Counted from the stretch's first letter, positions 18,630 to 29,742 are shown. The stretch is DNA of 64,000 bases from Clostridiales bacterium (GCA_022791685.1 JAAVZO010000021.1:93716-157715), one strand, 5' to 3'. The notes: a model not told the origin generated them from the sequence alone. Numbers and translations: made by a program.

Positions 18630-19907
18630 TTGATAACATTGATTAAAATAAACAGTGCAGAGATACTTTGCGTCGGAACTGAACTGCTGCTTGGAGATAT
18701 AGTAAACACCGATGCAGCTTTTATATCAAGGCGGCTTGCGGCGCTGGGTATAAATCAATACTTTCAGAGTACAGTTGGTGACAATCCTGAACGTCTTTCT
18801 GAAGCGCTCCGGTTAGCACTTGACAGAAGCGACCTTGTTATCATGACCGGTGGACTCGGACCGACATATGACGACCTGACAAAGGAAACCGCTGCGCGTT
18901 TGATGAGACGAGAGTTGAAGCTGCACGAAGAGAGTCTGGCAAGAATACACGCAAGACTCGATCGCCGCGGTATTGAGATGACAGAGAACAATAAAAAACA
19001 GGCATATCTTCCTGAAGGCGCGGTTGTATTTAAAAATAACTACGGCACAGCTCCCGGAATGGCTATTGAGGATGAAGAACGAGGCAAAATAGCGATATTA
19101 CTGCCAGGTCCTCCGCGTGAATGCGAGCCTATGTTCGAAGAAGAAGTTGAGCCGTATTTGAAGAAATTCTCGAGCCACATCCTATACTCCCGAAATATCC
19201 ACATTTTTGGAATGGGAGAATCAAAAGTTGAGGACACTCTGCGCGATATTATGACTACATCGCTAAATCCGACAGTTGCACCTTACGCAAAGAGCGGGGA
19301 AGTGCTGCTGCGAGTAACTGCGGGCGGCAGCAGCGAGGATGAGTGCAAAATATTGTGCGATGAGATGATAGAAAAAATCAAACTAACTCCAGTCGGAGAG
19401 TTTATCTATGGAATCGACATCGGCACGCTTGAAGATGCACTTGTTTCTGAGCTTACCGCTAAAGGATTAAAAATAGCGTCGGCTGAGTCCTGCACCGGCG
19501 GGTACGTGGCAAAACGCATTACAAACGTTAGCGGTTCAAGCGGAGTGCTTGACGGCAGTATCGTAACCTACGCGAACGAAGTAAAAGAGCGCTTTGTCAA
19601 TGTTTCACGTGAAACATTGACAAAATTCGGTGCAGTGTCACACGAAACCGCAATTGAAATGGCTCGCGGAGTTCGTGAACTGTTCGGTTCTGATATCGGC
19701 GTATCGACGACTGGTATCGCCGGGCCTACTGGAGGAACTCCGGAAAAGCCTGTTGGTACTGTATTTGTCGGTATTTCTACAAATAAATATGAGGATGTTC
19801 GCGAACTTCATGTAGGAAACGGACTCGCTGACCGCGAATACGTGCGATATATTTCAGCAAGTAATGCTATTGAAATGGCGTTACGAGCAGCTAAAAAGCT
19901 CAGTTAA
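18630..19907 (+). CDS. cinA: Competence/damage-inducible protein A (with NMN deamidase domain)
   Basis: VGTELLLG, TGGLGPT.DDLT, AESCTGG, TGIAGP.GG. Confidence 0.95.
   Translation: MITLIKINSAEILCVGTELLLGDIVNTDAAFISRRLAALGINQYFQSTVGDNPERLSEALRLALDRSDLVIMTGGLGPTYDDLTKETAARLMRRELKLHEESLARIHARLDRRGIEMTENNKKQAYLPEGAVVFKNNYGTAPGMAIEDEERGKIAILLPGPPRECEPMFEEEVEPYLKKFSSHILYSRNIHIFGMGESKVEDTLRDIMTTSLNPTVAPYAKSGEVLLRVTAGGSSEDECKILCDEMIEKIKLTPVGEFIYGIDIGTLEDALVSELTAKGLKIASAESCTGGYVAKRITNVSGSSGVLDGSIVTYANEVKERFVNVSRETLTKFGAVSHETAIEMARGVRELFGSDIGVSTTGIAGPTGGTPEKPVGTVFVGISTNKYEDVRELHVGNGLADREYVRYISASNAIEMALRAAKKLS
19601..19616. other. parS centromere-like site within cinA
   Basis: Perfect TGTTTCACGTGAAACA. 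Confidence 0.92.
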
Positions 19908-19954
19908 AACCATATATTTGACTATAATTTGTATAAACTTAAGGAGAATCCATT

Positions 19955-21235
19955 ATGAATGCACAGCAGACTATCGCCGCAATCGAGAGCGGCAAATACG
20001 CTGAAATCTTCACTACTCTTTATGGAGAAGAAAATGTAAAAGCTCAGGAAGCACGCTATGTCGGCGTTGTAAATGAATTTGCAAAGCTGTTCGGAGCTGA
20101 CCGTGAAATCTCGCTCTTCTCGGTAGCGGGCAGAAGCGAGATTTCCGGAAATCACACCGACCATAACTGCGGACGTGTACTCGCAGCTTCGATCAACCTC
20201 GATATTATCGCCGCAGCTTCTCCGCGCGACGATATGCACATCAGTATCAAATCTGAAGGCTTCCCGATAGATGAAGTTGACATCACTAATCCCACCGTTG
20301 ATGAATCGCTCTACTACACTTCAAAATCGATCATCTCCGGTATGTGCAGCGGATTCCTCAAATATGGACATAAGGTAGGCGGTTATGACGCTTACACTAC
20401 CTCTAACGTATTTAAGGGCTCGGGACTTTCCTCCTCTGCTGCTTTCGAGGATATGGTTGGACTTATCCTCAACGGATATTACAACGAGGGAAGTGTTGAT
20501 AACGCTGAAATCGCAAGAATTGCTCAGTATTCCGAGAATGTATTCTTTGGAAAGCCCAGCGGACTTATGGACCAGACCGCTTGTGCGGTAGGTGGATTTG
20601 TTGCAATCGACTTCAAGAATCCTTCCGATCCAATTATTGAAAAACTTCCATTCGATCTCACCGCTGCTGGTTACAGTCTCTGCATTGTCAATACCGGCGG
20701 AAACCACGCAGACCTCAACGAGGATTATGCGTCCGTTCCAGCTGAAATGAAGAAGGTTGCTGCTTACTTCGGAAAGAATGTACTCCGCGAAGTAACACTT
20801 GACGAGATTCTCTCGAATATTCCGAAGCTTCGTGAGCTTGCAGGCGACCGTGCTATAATGCGCGCTATCCACTTTGAAAACGAGAATGAGCGTGTATCTG
20901 CCCAGACTGAAGCGCTCAGAAACGGCGATATCGACGGATTCTTTGCCGGCGTACTCGCTTCTGGAAACTCAAGCTTCAAGTATCTGCAAAACGTTTACAC
21001 TGTAAAGAACGTATCTGAGCAGGGACTTTCTCTCGCACTCTGTGTCGCTGATAATGCGCTCAAGGGCAAGAAAGCTGCATACCGTGTACATGGCGGCGGA
21101 TTTGCCGGAACAATTCAGGCATTTGTTGCAAATGAAGATGTACCTGCATTCAAGTCGGCTCTCGACGCTGCATTCGGCGAAGGCGCAGTAACGATACTCA
21201 AGGTTCGTCCATACGGCGCTATACGCATCCAGTAA
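19955..21235 (+). CDS. galK: Galactokinase (GHMP kinase)
   Basis: GRSEISGNHTDHN, GSGLSSSAA, G.MDQ, HGGGFAG. Confidence 0.88.
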   Translation: MNAQQTIAAIESGKYAEIFTTLYGEENVKAQEARYVGVVNEFAKLFGADREISLFSVAGRSEISGNHTDHNCGRVLAASINLDIIAAASPRDDMHISIKSEGFPIDEVDITNPTVDESLYYTSKSIISGMCSGFLKYGHKVGGYDAYTTSNVFKGSGLSSSAAFEDMVGLILNGYYNEGSVDNAEIARIAQYSENVFFGKPSGLMDQTACAVGGFVAIDFKNPSDPIIEKLPFDLTAAGYSLCIVNTGGNHADLNEDYASVPAEMKKVAAYFGKNVLREVTLDEILSNIPKLRELAGDRAIMRAIHFENENERVSAQTEALRNGDIDGFFAGVLASGNSSFKYLQNVYTVKNVSEQGLSLALCVADNALKGKKAAYRVHGGGFAGTIQAFVANEDVPAFKSALDAAFGEGAVTILKVRPYGAIRIQ

Positions 21236-21708
21236 TGTCAAAGAAAAAGAAGAAAAATCACGCGCTCACCTATTCTCCGGAATCGGTGAGCGCGGTAAAA
21301 AAGCAGCTTAAAACATTTAACTGGAAGCGAGTTATCACCATAGCACTATCAACTATAGCAGCGTTCGCGGTATATGAAGCTGTATTGAGCTTTGAAGAAC
21401 AGCAAAAGCTCGGGTACAGTATAATTATGCCGATATATTATGTGATCGTAACTATTCTTGTTATTGTTGTGGTATTTCTGAATCACGGGTTCTCCAAAAA
21501 GCAATTCACTCCTGATATGCTAAGAGAGGATGTTCCGGAAGATGAGGCACTGCGTATATGTGCAAAGCTGAATCGACACAAGGCGCTTGCAAAGAAATTC
21601 ATGCTTGTGCTGATCCCATTTATGCTGGCATTACTGCTTGATATTATTTATCTTTTCTATGGTGATATGCTTTCAGCCGTTTTCAAGATGTTTGTACCAA
21701 ATTCGTAA
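21235..21708 (+). CDS. Hypothetical membrane protein (about 3 TM)
   Basis: Overlaps galK stop (TAATG); hydrophobic segments. Confidence 0.75.
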   Translation: MSKKKKKNHALTYSPESVSAVKKQLKTFNWKRVITIALSTIAAFAVYEAVLSFEEQQKLGYSIIMPIYYVIVTILVIVVVFLNHGFSKKQFTPDMLREDVPEDEALRICAKLNRHKALAKKFMLVLIPFMLALLLDIIYLFYGDMLSAVFKMFVPNS

Positions 21709-21713
21709 TAACT

Positions 21714-22496
21714 ATGACAGATTTTTCAGTTTACACTCTCGCGTCAAGCTCACGCGGAAACTGCACATATGTGCGCTGCAATGACACAGAGCTGCTTATC
21801 GACGCTGGTATCAGTATGCGCAGAATAGAAACTGCACTATGCGGACTTGGTACCAAGCTTTCTAATATCAGCGCAATATTTATAACTCACGAGCACAGCG
21901 ACCACGTTTCAGCACTCGAAACAATATCAAAAAAATATCCTATTCCGGTACATTTCGTTGAAGCATCAGCAATGGCGTTTCTGGGAACTGAGAAAACTCG
22001 CACCGTCGGACAGGCTGCTGTAATACATCCGCCGATCTATTGTGAATGCGTTGGCTCGCTCAAGGTGCAAAGCTTTGTAACACCACACGACAGTGCAGGA
22101 AGTGTCGGATTTGTTGTAAGTGACGGAACTGCTGAGCATACATTTGCTTTGGCAACTGATATCGGATGTATCACTGAATCAATAGAAACCGCACTGATCG
22201 GCGTTCAAAATGTGATACTTGAATCAAATCACGACGAGAATATGCTTCTATGCGGCGCTTATCCGTATCAACTTAAGCGCCGTATTTTATCAAGGACCGG
22301 ACACCTATCAAATGAAGCGGCTTCAAAATTCGCACTTCAACTTGCAAACAACGGAATGAAGCGGCTGCTGCTCGCTCATTTGTCGCCTGACAATAATCAT
22401 CCAGTGCTCGCACTGCGGACTGCCGAGTTAGCGCTTGAAAATACTGATGCAATGGTAAATGTAGCGGCGATGTCTGAGCCAACACAGCTTGTATAA
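21714..22496 (+). CDS. MBL-fold metallo-hydrolase, WalJ/YycJ-like
   Basis: LASSSRGN, THEHSDH, TPHD, ESNHD, HLS; upstream of rlmH. Confidence 0.88.
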   Translation: MTDFSVYTLASSSRGNCTYVRCNDTELLIDAGISMRRIETALCGLGTKLSNISAIFITHEHSDHVSALETISKKYPIPVHFVEASAMAFLGTEKTRTVGQAAVIHPPIYCECVGSLKVQSFVTPHDSAGSVGFVVSDGTAEHTFALATDIGCITESIETALIGVQNVILESNHDENMLLCGAYPYQLKRRILSRTGHLSNEAASKFALQLANNGMKRLLLAHLSPDNNHPVLALRTAELALENTDAMVNVAAMSEPTQLV

Positions 22497-22520
22497 GCAA
22501 ATACATACACTAATTATATA

Positions 22521-23003
22521 ATGCTTAAATTGACAATAATATTTGTCGGCACTATCAAGGAGAAATATCTCACTGACGCAGTTGCCGAATACGAAAAGCG
22601 ACTGTCTGCATACTGCACAGTCAATAATATCTGTATACGTGACGAACGTCTTCCTGAGCGTGCGTCGCAGGCAGAGATCACCGCTGCACTCGAACGTGAA
22701 GGTGAGCGTATCCTCGCCGCGATACCTCCACGTGCATATACTATTGCTTTATGTGTCGAAGGAAAACAGCTGTCGTCTGAACGTTTTTCGGAGCGCCTGT
22801 TATCACTTGCAAACGAAGGATATTCAGAAGTATGTCTGATAATAGGCGGCTCTGACGGGCTCTCAGATGCGGTAAAACGAACAGCTCGTATGCGGTTATC
22901 AATATCCGAAATGACATTTCCGCACCAGCTTATGCGTGTAATACTGCTTGAACAGCTATATCGGGCGTTCAACATCGCAGCAGGTGGAAAATATCATAAA
23001 TAA
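22521..23003 (+). CDS. rlmH: 23S rRNA pseudouridine1915 N3-methyltransferase
   Basis: IIGGSDGL, MTFPHQLMRVILLEQLYRAF...GKYHK. Confidence 0.97.
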   Translation: MLKLTIIFVGTIKEKYLTDAVAEYEKRLSAYCTVNNICIRDERLPERASQAEITAALEREGERILAAIPPRAYTIALCVEGKQLSSERFSERLLSLANEGYSEVCLIIGGSDGLSDAVKRTARMRLSISEMTFPHQLMRVILLEQLYRAFNIAAGGKYHK

Positions 23004-23020
23004 AATAGCAAAAGGAAATT

Positions 23021-23335
23021 ATGGATAATACATTTATTACGCCAGAAGGTCATAGCGGTTTTTTAGCGAAAAAACTTTTCAACGAGATGGGGAAAATTCA
23101 ATGGGGTGCTGTTGCATATATTGACAAAAACGGCGGCGGTCCAGAGGGAAATCACACTCACAGTGATGATCATATATTTATCATCGTTGAAGGTGAAGTG
23201 AAAATCGTCTTGGGTGATGAATCGCATATAGTAAAAAAGGATGAGACGTTCTTTGTTGATGGAATGACACCTCATTCTATCTGGAATAATGGCGAAGATA
23301 CCGCCAAAGTTATTAAAATATCAGTCGCAAGATAA
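23021..23335 (+). CDS. Cupin domain protein
   Basis: HTHSDDHIFIIVEG ... PHSIWN. Confidence 0.85.
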   Translation: MDNTFITPEGHSGFLAKKLFNEMGKIQWGAVAYIDKNGGGPEGNHTHSDDHIFIIVEGEVKIVLGDESHIVKKDETFFVDGMTPHSIWNNGEDTAKVIKISVAR

Positions 23336-23390
23336 ACTAAGATATAGCAATAATTAAATTTAATCTGGCAGCTTGAAAAGGAAACATCAG

Positions 23391-24878
23391 ATGAATATTC
23401 TTAAAAAAATTGCCGTCCGCGTAATTCCGGTCGGTGTGCTGGCATTTATCATAACTGCAACAATTGCATATCAGCGCGGAGTATACGATATCACCTTTAT
23501 CGAGCGCCCACAATCAAGTACAGCCGCCGACTCCTCAAATCCGGTTACAGATCCTCCGTCAGATGAATTACAGTCTACAGATCCAGCAGATACCGGTGAA
23601 AACAGCGCGCTTCCACCGGATGATACGTCAAATAACAATGATAATCCACAAATTAAAACCGATTCAGTATCAGAACTGTTAAATCAAATGGAATCTACAA
23701 AATCGGTTGTCTCACGCGGATATAATATTACCGACGGCGAATATGGTATCGGCATGAAGCTAACTCTGCTTGACCCATCAATCGGTATATCAAATAGCTT
23801 TTCACTTAGAAATAAGCAAATAGACGTAGCCGTGCGCATACCGGATGAGGTATACAGCGGCTATACAACCGTCACGGAGACGCAGACAGTCAAGCGCCCG
23901 CTTGTTGAGATATATATGGATTATATCCTTGTCGACAACGGCAGCAGTGTTATAGTGCTCGATAAAAGCGGCAATGTTATAGCACGTGGCTTTGACATTG
24001 AGCGATATCAACCCGCATATACACGCGACAAAAATGATATTGCACTATTCAAAGAAACTGACCAAAAGGGTGTAACTAAATACTACTATTTCAATGAAGG
24101 CAACGAGTTTATCGAAAGTGATTACAACGACGCAGCCGATAATCGCGGGTTATATATCAACTATCCGAGCTATTTCGGAAAAACCGACAACAGCTATCAC
24201 CGATTCTATAATCAAAACAGCGGATTCTACGGCTACGGAAACGCGAACGGCTCAATGCGCACTGCTTATCGCTATACGCAGGCATACAACTACAGTGAAG
24301 GGCTTGCAGCAGTCGTTGACAGCAACGGCATATTGACATATATCCAGCAGTGGTTTTATAATCAGCTCAGCGGCACACGAAACTATCGTGACCAATTCAA
24401 CCGCTATGTGACCTCGAATTACCTTCCGCCGGATTCACACGGAATAGAAACGCTTGGCTTCTATTACTTTGACCACGGGCTTTGCCGCGTCCGCAAACGC
24501 ATCGTTGACAACTACAAAAACGAGCGCATAATGTCAGATAAAGATATAATCATACGCCGCGACGGAACAGAGTTTGAGGTACCAAGCGACTATGAGGTGC
24601 TATCCTATTCCTGCGGAATGATCCTGCTTAAAAAGGACAGCAATTACGGGTATATCGACTACACCGGAAAATGGATAGTACAACCGGAGTATGACTACGC
24701 AGAGCCTTACAATGAAGGGCTTGCAGTAGTCGGTAAAAACGGAAGCTATGGACTTGTCGATAAAGATGGAAATTTCGTTATACCCATGATATTCGACTAC
24801 GTTCAAAGCTGCTCCGGCGGAATTATAGCCGCTTGGGACAACGATAACGGTTGGGCTATTTTCAATAAAGTGAATTGA
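23391..24878 (+). CDS. Membrane-anchored WG-repeat protein
   Basis: N-terminal TM, low-complexity linker, repeats YSEGLAAV / YNEGLAVV..GSYGLVDKDG. Confidence 0.82.
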   Translation: MNILKKIAVRVIPVGVLAFIITATIAYQRGVYDITFIERPQSSTAADSSNPVTDPPSDELQSTDPADTGENSALPPDDTSNNNDNPQIKTDSVSELLNQMESTKSVVSRGYNITDGEYGIGMKLTLLDPSIGISNSFSLRNKQIDVAVRIPDEVYSGYTTVTETQTVKRPLVEIYMDYILVDNGSSVIVLDKSGNVIARGFDIERYQPAYTRDKNDIALFKETDQKGVTKYYYFNEGNEFIESDYNDAADNRGLYINYPSYFGKTDNSYHRFYNQNSGFYGYGNANGSMRTAYRYTQAYNYSEGLAAVVDSNGILTYIQQWFYNQLSGTRNYRDQFNRYVTSNYLPPDSHGIETLGFYYFDHGLCRVRKRIVDNYKNERIMSDKDIIIRRDGTEFEVPSDYEVLSYSCGMILLKKDSNYGYIDYTGKWIVQPEYDYAEPYNEGLAVVGKNGSYGLVDKDGNFVIPMIFDYVQSCSGGIIAAWDNDNGWAIFNKVN

Positions 24879-24910
24879 ACAACAGAAAGTGATGGTAATA
24901 TTCATAAACA

Positions 24911-26815
24911 ATGGAGAAATGCAAAGAATACTTCGCGGGAAATGTTGACGTATGCGTAGTTGGCGCTGGTCACGCCGGGATAGAGTGCGCGCTCGCAGCA
25001 GCAAGACTGGGGCTCTCGACAGTACTGTTTACTATAAATCTGGATGCTGTCGGTAATATGCCATGCAATCCGTCTATCGGAGGTACAGGAAAGGGACACC
25101 TCGTGTACGAAATCGACGCACTTGGCGGTGAAATGGGGCGCGCCGCTGATAAAGTAATGCTGCAAAGCCGTGTGCTTAATCTTGGCAAGGGTGCAGCGGT
25201 ACATTCAAAGCGCATTCAGGCTGACCGTGCGGCATACCGTACATTGATGAAGCGCACGATCGAGCGTACACATAATCTAAAGCTTATTCAGGCGGAGATT
25301 ACAGATATCCACACGTCTGTGGAAAACGGAGAACGAAGAATTGACGCTGTTGTTACTAAATTCGGGGCTGTTTGGAAATGTAAGGCAGCCATTCTGTGCT
25401 CAGGAACCTACCTTCGTGGGCGCGTCATTGTAGGTGAGACCGCGTATTCATCAGGACCGGACGGTATGCTTCCAGCTAACGAGCTGTCGGCAAATCTCGA
25501 GCGCGAGGGAATCACTCTTATGCGCTTTAAAACCGGAACGCCTGCACGTGTTCACCGTGATTCAATTGACTACACTAATCTCGAATTACAGCCCGGTGAT
25601 ACTTTTGTAGATCCGTTTTCGGTCGATTCAGACAGGGAAGAGCTAAATAAACGTGAGCAGATACCCTGCCATATTGTCTATACAAACAAAAAAACTCACG
25701 ACATAATTCGCGCAAATTTGTCACGTTCACCGCTTTATTCGGGAATGATAGAGGGCATTGGTCCGCGTTACTGCCCAAGTATAGAGGATAAAGTAATGCG
25801 GTTTGCAGATAAGGAGCGCCACCAGCTGTTCATCGAGCCGATGGGGAATGATACAGATGAAATGTATATTCAGGGCTTTTCATCATCTCTTCCAGAGGAA
25901 GTTCAGCTCGAAATGCTTCATAGTCTCGAAGGATTCGAAAATGCGCAGGTAATGCGTACCGCTTATGCCATCGAGTATGACTGCATTGACCCGACTCAGC
26001 TATTGCCGACGCTTGAATTCAAGGCGATATCCGGACTCTACGGCGCGGGGCAGTTTAACGGTACATCTGGATATGAGGAAGCCGCGGCACAGGGACTTGT
26101 TGCCGGTATAAATGCGTCTCTCAAAATCAAGGAAGAAGATCCTATGGTACTGACACGTCAGAGCTCATATATAGGTACGCTTATTGATGACCTTGTGACA
26201 AAGGGAACCAAGGAACCCTACCGAATAATGACTTCACGCTCAGAGTACCGTCTATTGCTGCGTCAAGATAATGCGGCAGAACGGCTCACACCTATCGGAC
26301 GGCGTGTCGGGCTGATATCGGACGAGCGTTGGCAGAGATTTATTGACGAGCGCAATGCTGTTGAAGCGGAAGTGAAACGACTTGAAACCACGTCTATTCC
26401 ACCGAGTATAAAGCTTCAGGAAATACTTGAAGCTAACAATTCTACAGCTATAACTACGGGAGTAAAGCTTGCTGAGCTGCTTAGACGACCTGAGCTGAGC
26501 TATGACAAAATCGCAGAGGTCGACATTACACGACATGAATTACCGCCGAGGGTACGGGAACAGGCTGAAAATCAAATAAAATATGCCGGTTATATCAAAC
26601 GTCAGCTTGCCGAGGTTGCACGAGCTGCTAAGCTCGAAGAAAAAAAGCTTCCGGTGCCATTTGATTATTCGGAGATAAAGGGAATTAGACTTGAAGCAAT
26701 ACAAAAGCTAAATAAGCTTCAGCCGCTCAGTATCGGTCAAGCTTCAAGAATAAGTGGTGTATCACCAGCGGATATATCAGTACTGCTGATATATTTCTCG
26801 CAGAAAGGTAACTGA
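24911..26815 (+). CDS. mnmG: tRNA uridine 5-carboxymethylaminomethyl modification enzyme (GidA)
   Basis: [42 protein letters not shown]. Confidence 0.98.
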   Translation: MEKCKEYFAGNVDVCVVGAGHAGIECALAAARLGLSTVLFTINLDAVGNMPCNPSIGGTGKGHLVYEIDALGGEMGRAADKVMLQSRVLNLGKGAAVHSKRIQADRAAYRTLMKRTIERTHNLKLIQAEITDIHTSVENGERRIDAVVTKFGAVWKCKAAILCSGTYLRGRVIVGETAYSSGPDGMLPANELSANLEREGITLMRFKTGTPARVHRDSIDYTNLELQPGDTFVDPFSVDSDREELNKREQIPCHIVYTNKKTHDIIRANLSRSPLYSGMIEGIGPRYCPSIEDKVMRFADKERHQLFIEPMGNDTDEMYIQGFSSSLPEEVQLEMLHSLEGFENAQVMRTAYAIEYDCIDPTQLLPTLEFKAISGLYGAGQFNGTSGYEEAAAQGLVAGINASLKIKEEDPMVLTRQSSYIGTLIDDLVTKGTKEPYRIMTSRSEYRLLLRQDNAAERLTPIGRRVGLISDERWQRFIDERNAVEAEVKRLETTSIPPSIKLQEILEANNSTAITTGVKLAELLRRPELSYDKIAEVDITRHELPPRVREQAENQIKYAGYIKRQLAEVARAAKLEEKKLPVPFDYSEIKGIRLEAIQKLNKLQPLSIGQASRISGVSPADISVLLIYFSQKGN

Positions 26816-26816
26816 C

Positions 26817-27545
26817 ATGAACGAATTTACCAGCAAATTTACATCTATTCTTTTGAGAAATTCACTTGATGAATTTGCGTCGGCAGAGCTCGCAGAAAAG
26901 TTTGAAGCTCTGACTGCTCGTATGCTTGAAGTCAATGCGCATATGAATCTGACCGCTATCACTGATATCGACGGAATCATTTTAAAGCATTATGCCGATT
27001 CGCTTACAGCTGCAAAGTATATTCAAAGTGGAGCAAAGCTTATTGATGTTGGCTGCGGCGCGGGTTTTCCGTCACTCCCACTGGCAATCGCACGTCCTGA
27101 TATCAGCATAACTGCACTTGACAGCACTGCGAAACGGATAAACTATATATCAGAGACATCGGAAATACTTGGAATATCAAATATTTCCGCAATAACCGGA
27201 CGAGCAGAGGAGTTCGCAAAAGTGCCGGAATATCGTGAACACTTTGATATTTCCTGCGCGAGGGCTGTCGCAAAACTCAACGTTTTATGTGAACTCTGCA
27301 TTCCATTTATCAAAAAAGGCGGAAATTTTCTTGCCATGAAGGCTAACGCTGATGGTGAACTTACCGAATCAGAGGGTGCAATAAAGAAGCTCGGAGGTAA
27401 GCTTATTTCCTCCGATAGACTTAACCTTACCGGAAATACTGATGATGACAGCAATCCTCGAACCCTGATACTTATCGAAAAAATTTCCCCAACGCCAAAA
27501 AACTATCCGCGCAATAATTCGCAAATATCGAAAAAGCCGCTCTAA
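26817..27545 (+). CDS. rsmG: 16S rRNA m7G527 methyltransferase (GidB)
   Basis: NLTAI, KHYADS, DVGCGAGFP, RAVA. Confidence 0.97.
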   Translation: MNEFTSKFTSILLRNSLDEFASAELAEKFEALTARMLEVNAHMNLTAITDIDGIILKHYADSLTAAKYIQSGAKLIDVGCGAGFPSLPLAIARPDISITALDSTAKRINYISETSEILGISNISAITGRAEEFAKVPEYREHFDISCARAVAKLNVLCELCIPFIKKGGNFLAMKANADGELTESEGAIKKLGGKLISSDRLNLTGNTDDDSNPRTLILIEKISPTPKNYPRNNSQISKKPL

Positions 27546-27558
27546 GCGGCTTTTTTTG
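27531..27558 (+). terminator. Intrinsic terminator after rsmG
   Basis: AAAAAGCCGC-tctaa-GCGGCTTTTTTT. Confidence 0.8.
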
Positions 27559-27716
27559 CGCCTCAAAAACGAGATTTAGCCGGATTCGATTATTTTTCGA
27601 CGGCTCACATTATTTTTCACAACACAAAATTCGTCAGCCTTTTCGTGGGAATTGTGGTATCCTATATACATATATTTCCGGCGTAATAATACCGGACAAG
27701 CAAAGGAGAAACAAAT

Positions 27717-28736
27717 ATGACTACCCTCAATTTATTTCGAAACCCCAAAAAGGAGCTTGAAGCTGAACGCGCACAGCTCGAACGCAAATGGCAGGAGCTT
27801 TCCGAAAAGGAAATCGCTCTGCGCTCAGAGGTAGAACGCACCGCGGCAGAGAAAGCCGCTGCCGAACTTCGCGCCCGCCGCATGGAAGAGTATGGACGAA
27901 TACACAATATCGCTACCGACCGGATAATCCCAAATCCATCACAGCCACGCAAACAATTTGAAGACGACTCTATAATCCGATTAGCCGACAGTATACGTCA
28001 ATATGGCATATTGCAGCCGCTGACCGTTCGCAGGATCGACGATGGGCTTGTATTAAATGATAATGCAATTGACGGTATTGCCACTTATAGCAAGGATATG
28101 TTTGAGATAGTGGCTGGTGAACGCCGGCTGCGTGCCTCTAAGTTGCTGCAGCTCGCGACCGTTCCGTGCATAATCGTAGACGTTGACAGCAAAAAATCAG
28201 CAGAGCTCGCGATAATCGAGAACATCCAACGTGAAAATCTCAATATATTCGAACAAGCAAGCTCGATTGCGTCGCTTATTGACATTTATAGCCTGACCCA
28301 AGAGGAAGTTGCAAAACAGCTTTCGATGTCGCAGTCGTTTGTCGCAAACAAGCTGCGCATTCTTCGCTTGACTGCACCTGAACGCGAGCTAATACTAAAA
28401 TACAATCTGACCGAGCGTCACGCACGCGCACTGCTGAAGATAGATTCAGTAGAGCAGCGCATACGAATAATTGAGTACATAAATTCACATCAGCTGAACG
28501 TTGCAACTACTGAAGCGTACATTGACCGTTTTATGGCTGAAAACGCGAGCGCTAAACGTCATCGCTCACCGCGCCGTATCATCCTAAAGGACATCCGCAT
28601 ATTCTACAATTCTATTGACAAGGCAGTATCACTTGTGCGGCAGGCTGGGATTCCGATCGAAAGCGAACGCAATGAAGCCGATGATGCTATCGAGGTGCTG
28701 ATACGCATTCCAAAAGCTAATTCGTCCGCACACTGA
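27717..28736 (+). CDS. noc: Nucleoid occlusion protein Noc-like (ParB family)
   Basis: PNPSQPRK, AGERRLRA, IENIQRENL, QSFVANKLR, TERHAR, KDIRIFYN; located between rsmG and parA. Confidence 0.8.
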   Translation: MTTLNLFRNPKKELEAERAQLERKWQELSEKEIALRSEVERTAAEKAAAELRARRMEEYGRIHNIATDRIIPNPSQPRKQFEDDSIIRLADSIRQYGILQPLTVRRIDDGLVLNDNAIDGIATYSKDMFEIVAGERRLRASKLLQLATVPCIIVDVDSKKSAELAIIENIQRENLNIFEQASSIASLIDIYSLTQEEVAKQLSMSQSFVANKLRILRLTAPERELILKYNLTERHARALLKIDSVEQRIRIIEYINSHQLNVATTEAYIDRFMAENASAKRHRSPRRIILKDIRIFYNSIDKAVSLVRQAGIPIESERNEADDAIEVLIRIPKANSSAH

Positions 28737-28749
28737 GTTCGATCTGCAA

Positions 28750-28765
28750 TGTTTCACGTGAAACA
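28750..28765. other. parS site upstream of parA
   Basis: Perfect TGTTTCACGTGAAACA, extending to a 20-bp palindrome. Confidence 0.93.
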
Positions 28766-28841
28766 TTATACGATATTATCCGCGTCAAACAAAATATTTC
28801 GACTAATCCCGCTTTTATCTCCCGTATTAACAAAATAACCA

Positions 28842-28870
28842 TTGACTTTTTTCGCGAATGTTGATATAAT
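28842..28870 (+). promoter_or_regulatory. Sigma-A promoter of parAB-serS
   Basis: TTGACT-17-TATAAT with extended TG. Confidence 0.8.
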
Positions 28871-28913
28871 ATATTATATTATTAATTTTACAACTATCAG
28901 CGGAGGGAGCCGC

Positions 28914-29675
28914 ATGGCTTTTACAATTTCATTCGCTAATCAGAAGGGCGGCGTAGGCAAGACTACATCGGCAGTAAACTGTGCTGCCGCTATAGGAGCA
29001 CTCGGCAAAAAAACATTGCTCGTCGACCTTGACCCGCAGGGCAATGCTACGAGCGGCGTAGGTGTTCCACGCAAGCGGCTGCGTGCCTCTACATACGACG
29101 TAATAATCGGGCGTGCGTCTGCAAGCGAAGCAATAATCGAAACAAAATTTGCAAATCTTTCAATAATGCCGTCTCAAATCTCACTCGCAGGAGCAGAGTT
29201 TGAACTGGTGGACATGGACAACCGCGAGCTGCTTTTCAAAAACGCGATCGCGGAGGTCGAGGATAACTATGATTATATTTTTATAGATTGTCCGCCTTCA
29301 CTCGGCATACTTTCAATAAACGCACTCGCAGCGAGCCACGGCGTTATAATACCGATGCAGTGCGAATTTTATTCGCTTGAGGGACTGTCTCAGCTAATGT
29401 TATCTATAAAACAGGTAAAGAAGCTGTACAATACATCGCTTGAAATCACTGGAATTCTGATTACAATGTTCAACGGTCGACTAAATCTATCAATGCAGGT
29501 TTTGGAGGAGCTGAAAAAATATTATGCGGACAAGCTCTTCGCGACCGGAATAGTCCGCAATGTCAAGCTTTCCGAAGCACCAAGCTACGGTGAGCCGATT
29601 ATTTACTATGACAAGTACTCAAAGGGTGCTAAGGCGTACATGGATGTCGCCGGAGAGATACTCGAGCGTACTTGA
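28914..29675 (+). CDS. parA: Chromosome partitioning ATPase ParA/Soj
   Basis: NQKGGVGKTT, DLDPQGNATSG, DCPPSLG, EAPSYG; ATG 28914 after GGAGG. Confidence 0.96.
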   Translation: MAFTISFANQKGGVGKTTSAVNCAAAIGALGKKTLLVDLDPQGNATSGVGVPRKRLRASTYDVIIGRASASEAIIETKFANLSIMPSQISLAGAEFELVDMDNRELLFKNAIAEVEDNYDYIFIDCPPSLGILSINALAASHGVIIPMQCEFYSLEGLSQLMLSIKQVKKLYNTSLEITGILITMFNGRLNLSMQVLEELKKYYADKLFATGIVRNVKLSEAPSYGEPIIYYDKYSKGAKAYMDVAGEILERT

Positions 29676-29742
29676 TACAAATTGAAATACTGGAGACTTG
29701 AGTCTGAAATATAGTTCAGGCTTGAAAGGAATGGTCATATAA

